This document shows positions 62,980 through 64,000 of a DNA stretch of 64,000 bases, in pieces. The notes under the pieces are model-generated. The model searched no databases. It was not told the DNA's origin and was given only the letters and a program-made list of their open reading frames with translations. Numbering within the stretch: position 1 is the stretch's first letter; each line of letters begins with the position of its first letter. The DNA is from an uncultured Candidatus Saccharibacteria bacterium (GTDB lineage: Bacteria; Patescibacteriota; Minisyncoccia; Phycocordibacterales; UBA2100), in assembly GCA_964633425.1 (NCBI GenBank), contig CAZWFX010000002.1, forward strand, positions 11,373 through 75,372. The letters are read 5' to 3'. The position numbers and the translations under genes were made by a program.

Positions 62980-63864
62980 ATGAAAGGACTTGGAATCTCA
63001 AAAATCCTCGGAAGCGTCGCGCTGATTGCTTTCACAGGTGCCATTGCGGTAAGTGCAACTGGCGCATTCTTTAACGACACAGAAACATCGACCGGAAACA
63101 CATTCACCGCTGGCGACATCGATCTTCAGATCGACAACGAAAGCTACGTGACAAACTCGAATGGTGTTCTCGTCAACAGTCCAGCCACTTCGTGGGCAAT
63201 GGCAGACCTGACAAACCAGAAATTCTTCGACTTCACGGATGTGAAGCCGGGTGATGTGGGCGAAGACACGATCTCGATCCACGTTGGCAGTAACAATGCA
63301 TGGATGTGTGCAGCGGCACGTATCACGGACGACTCAGATCAGACATTGACCGAACCTGAGCTTTCCGATGATCTCGTAACGTCGACGTTCCCGGGCACAG
63401 GACTCGGTGAACTCGATAGCAATCTCCAGTTCGCGTTCTGGAAGGATGACGGTGACAATGTGCTTGAAGCAGACGAAATTGCATCAATATTCGTCCAGGG
63501 CACCCTTGCAGGTCTTGGTCAGCAGGGCAAAGTCACACTCGTTGACTCACAAGGTGGCCCATTTGGTCCAAACCCAATTCCTGGTAACTCCACTGTATAC
63601 ATCGGCAAGGCATGGTGCATGGGCACGCTTGCAGCGGGATCAGTCGCGCAGGATGGTCTCGGTAAGGTTGGCACGCCTTCAAATCCGAGCACTCCGAATG
63701 GCCCACTCGTACGTGGGACGGGCGTAACGTGCAATGGCGCGGCTGTAAACAATGCAGCGCAGACCGACCAGGTTCAGGGCGACATGCAGTTCTACGCAGT
63801 GCAGGCTCGCAACAATGCAACCTTCACGTGCGCACAGAACTACACCGGCTACCAGCCGAACTAG
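62980..63864 (+). CDS. TasA/CalY/camelysin (M73)-family secreted protein with SipW-type signal peptide
   Basis: N-terminus ...AVSATGAFFNDTETSTGNTFTAGDIDL, DVKPGDVGEDTISI, and a C-terminal ...QGDMQFYAVQARNN beta-strand pattern like TasA. Confidence 0.8.
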   Translation: MKGLGISKILGSVALIAFTGAIAVSATGAFFNDTETSTGNTFTAGDIDLQIDNESYVTNSNGVLVNSPATSWAMADLTNQKFFDFTDVKPGDVGEDTISIHVGSNNAWMCAAARITDDSDQTLTEPELSDDLVTSTFPGTGLGELDSNLQFAFWKDDGDNVLEADEIASIFVQGTLAGLGQQGKVTLVDSQGGPFGPNPIPGNSTVYIGKAWCMGTLAAGSVAQDGLGKVGTPSNPSTPNGPLVRGTGVTCNGAAVNNAAQTDQVQGDMQFYAVQARNNATFTCAQNYTGYQPN

Positions 63865-64000
63865 TTCTCTAGTCTTCTCTAGCCGTACTCAGCCTCTCTT
63901 ACCGTGGGGCTGAGCGGGCTGGAGAGCACGCGGGAAACGGCGCACACCAGACTTTTATTCAGATTTACAAATTATAAAATTCTATGAAACGAATTGCATT

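Overview
Gene-dense bacterial chromosomal window, roughly 90% coding and mid-to-high GC by eye. It uses the standard genetic code: TAA, TAG and TGA all terminate conserved genes. No rRNA, tRNA or CRISPR array was found. The gene content looks like an uncultivated Patescibacteria/CPR-type organism, but that is inference only. It includes a lone type IV pilin, GH15/GH57/cupin-PGI sugar genes, SET/SWIB/HDAC-like domains and many large low-complexity secreted proteins. Layout: (1) 0-12.5 kb holds orphan proteins, an HDAC-like enzyme, a CheY-like receiver, a Cys-rich repeat protein, a GH15-like protein, a SET-domain gene, truB, a degenerate MsrB fusion, a MASE1 hybrid kinase and a SWIB protein. (2) 12.6-16 kb holds a Tyr/Asn-rich secreted protein plus a glnA-amtB pair. 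(3) 16-26 kb holds a PAS/GAF hybrid kinase, a sortase-type surface protein, galU, a two-component pair whose response regulator carries an in-frame TAA, and DUF1993/HAD/ABC-2 genes. (4) 26.7-29.7 kb holds a P-loop ATPase, a CphA-like ATP-grasp protein and aspartate kinase. (5) 29.8-35.7 kb is a compact thymidylate-cycle island: folA, a cytidylyltransferase, a dCMP-deaminase fusion, a HIT-thyA-HIT operon, dut and glyA. (6) 36.4-43.7 kb is a glucose/glycogen cluster: ROK kinase, cupin PGI, GH15, GH57, a glycogen-synthase-like GT and a HAD protein. (7) 44.1-45.9 kb has a type IV pilin next to an AT-richer IS256-family transposase. (8) 46-64 kb is a long, almost uninterrupted block of secreted and envelope genes. 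These include PG-binding proteins, a CAP-domain protein, an S8 protease, a 978-aa repeat protein, a Gly-rich paralogue, a processive GT2 synthase, a MopE-like Ca/metal-repeat protein and a TasA/camelysin-like protein. Unusually long structured leaders precede two of them. Most interesting to me are: the secretome island and its unnamed repeat family; a riboswitch-like leader with terminator at about 47.0-47.2 kb; the HIT-flanked divergent ThyA operon; the split response regulator; and three eukaryote-type chromatin domains within 10 kb. All functional calls rest on my reading of the translated ORFs and remembered family motifs. No searches were run.
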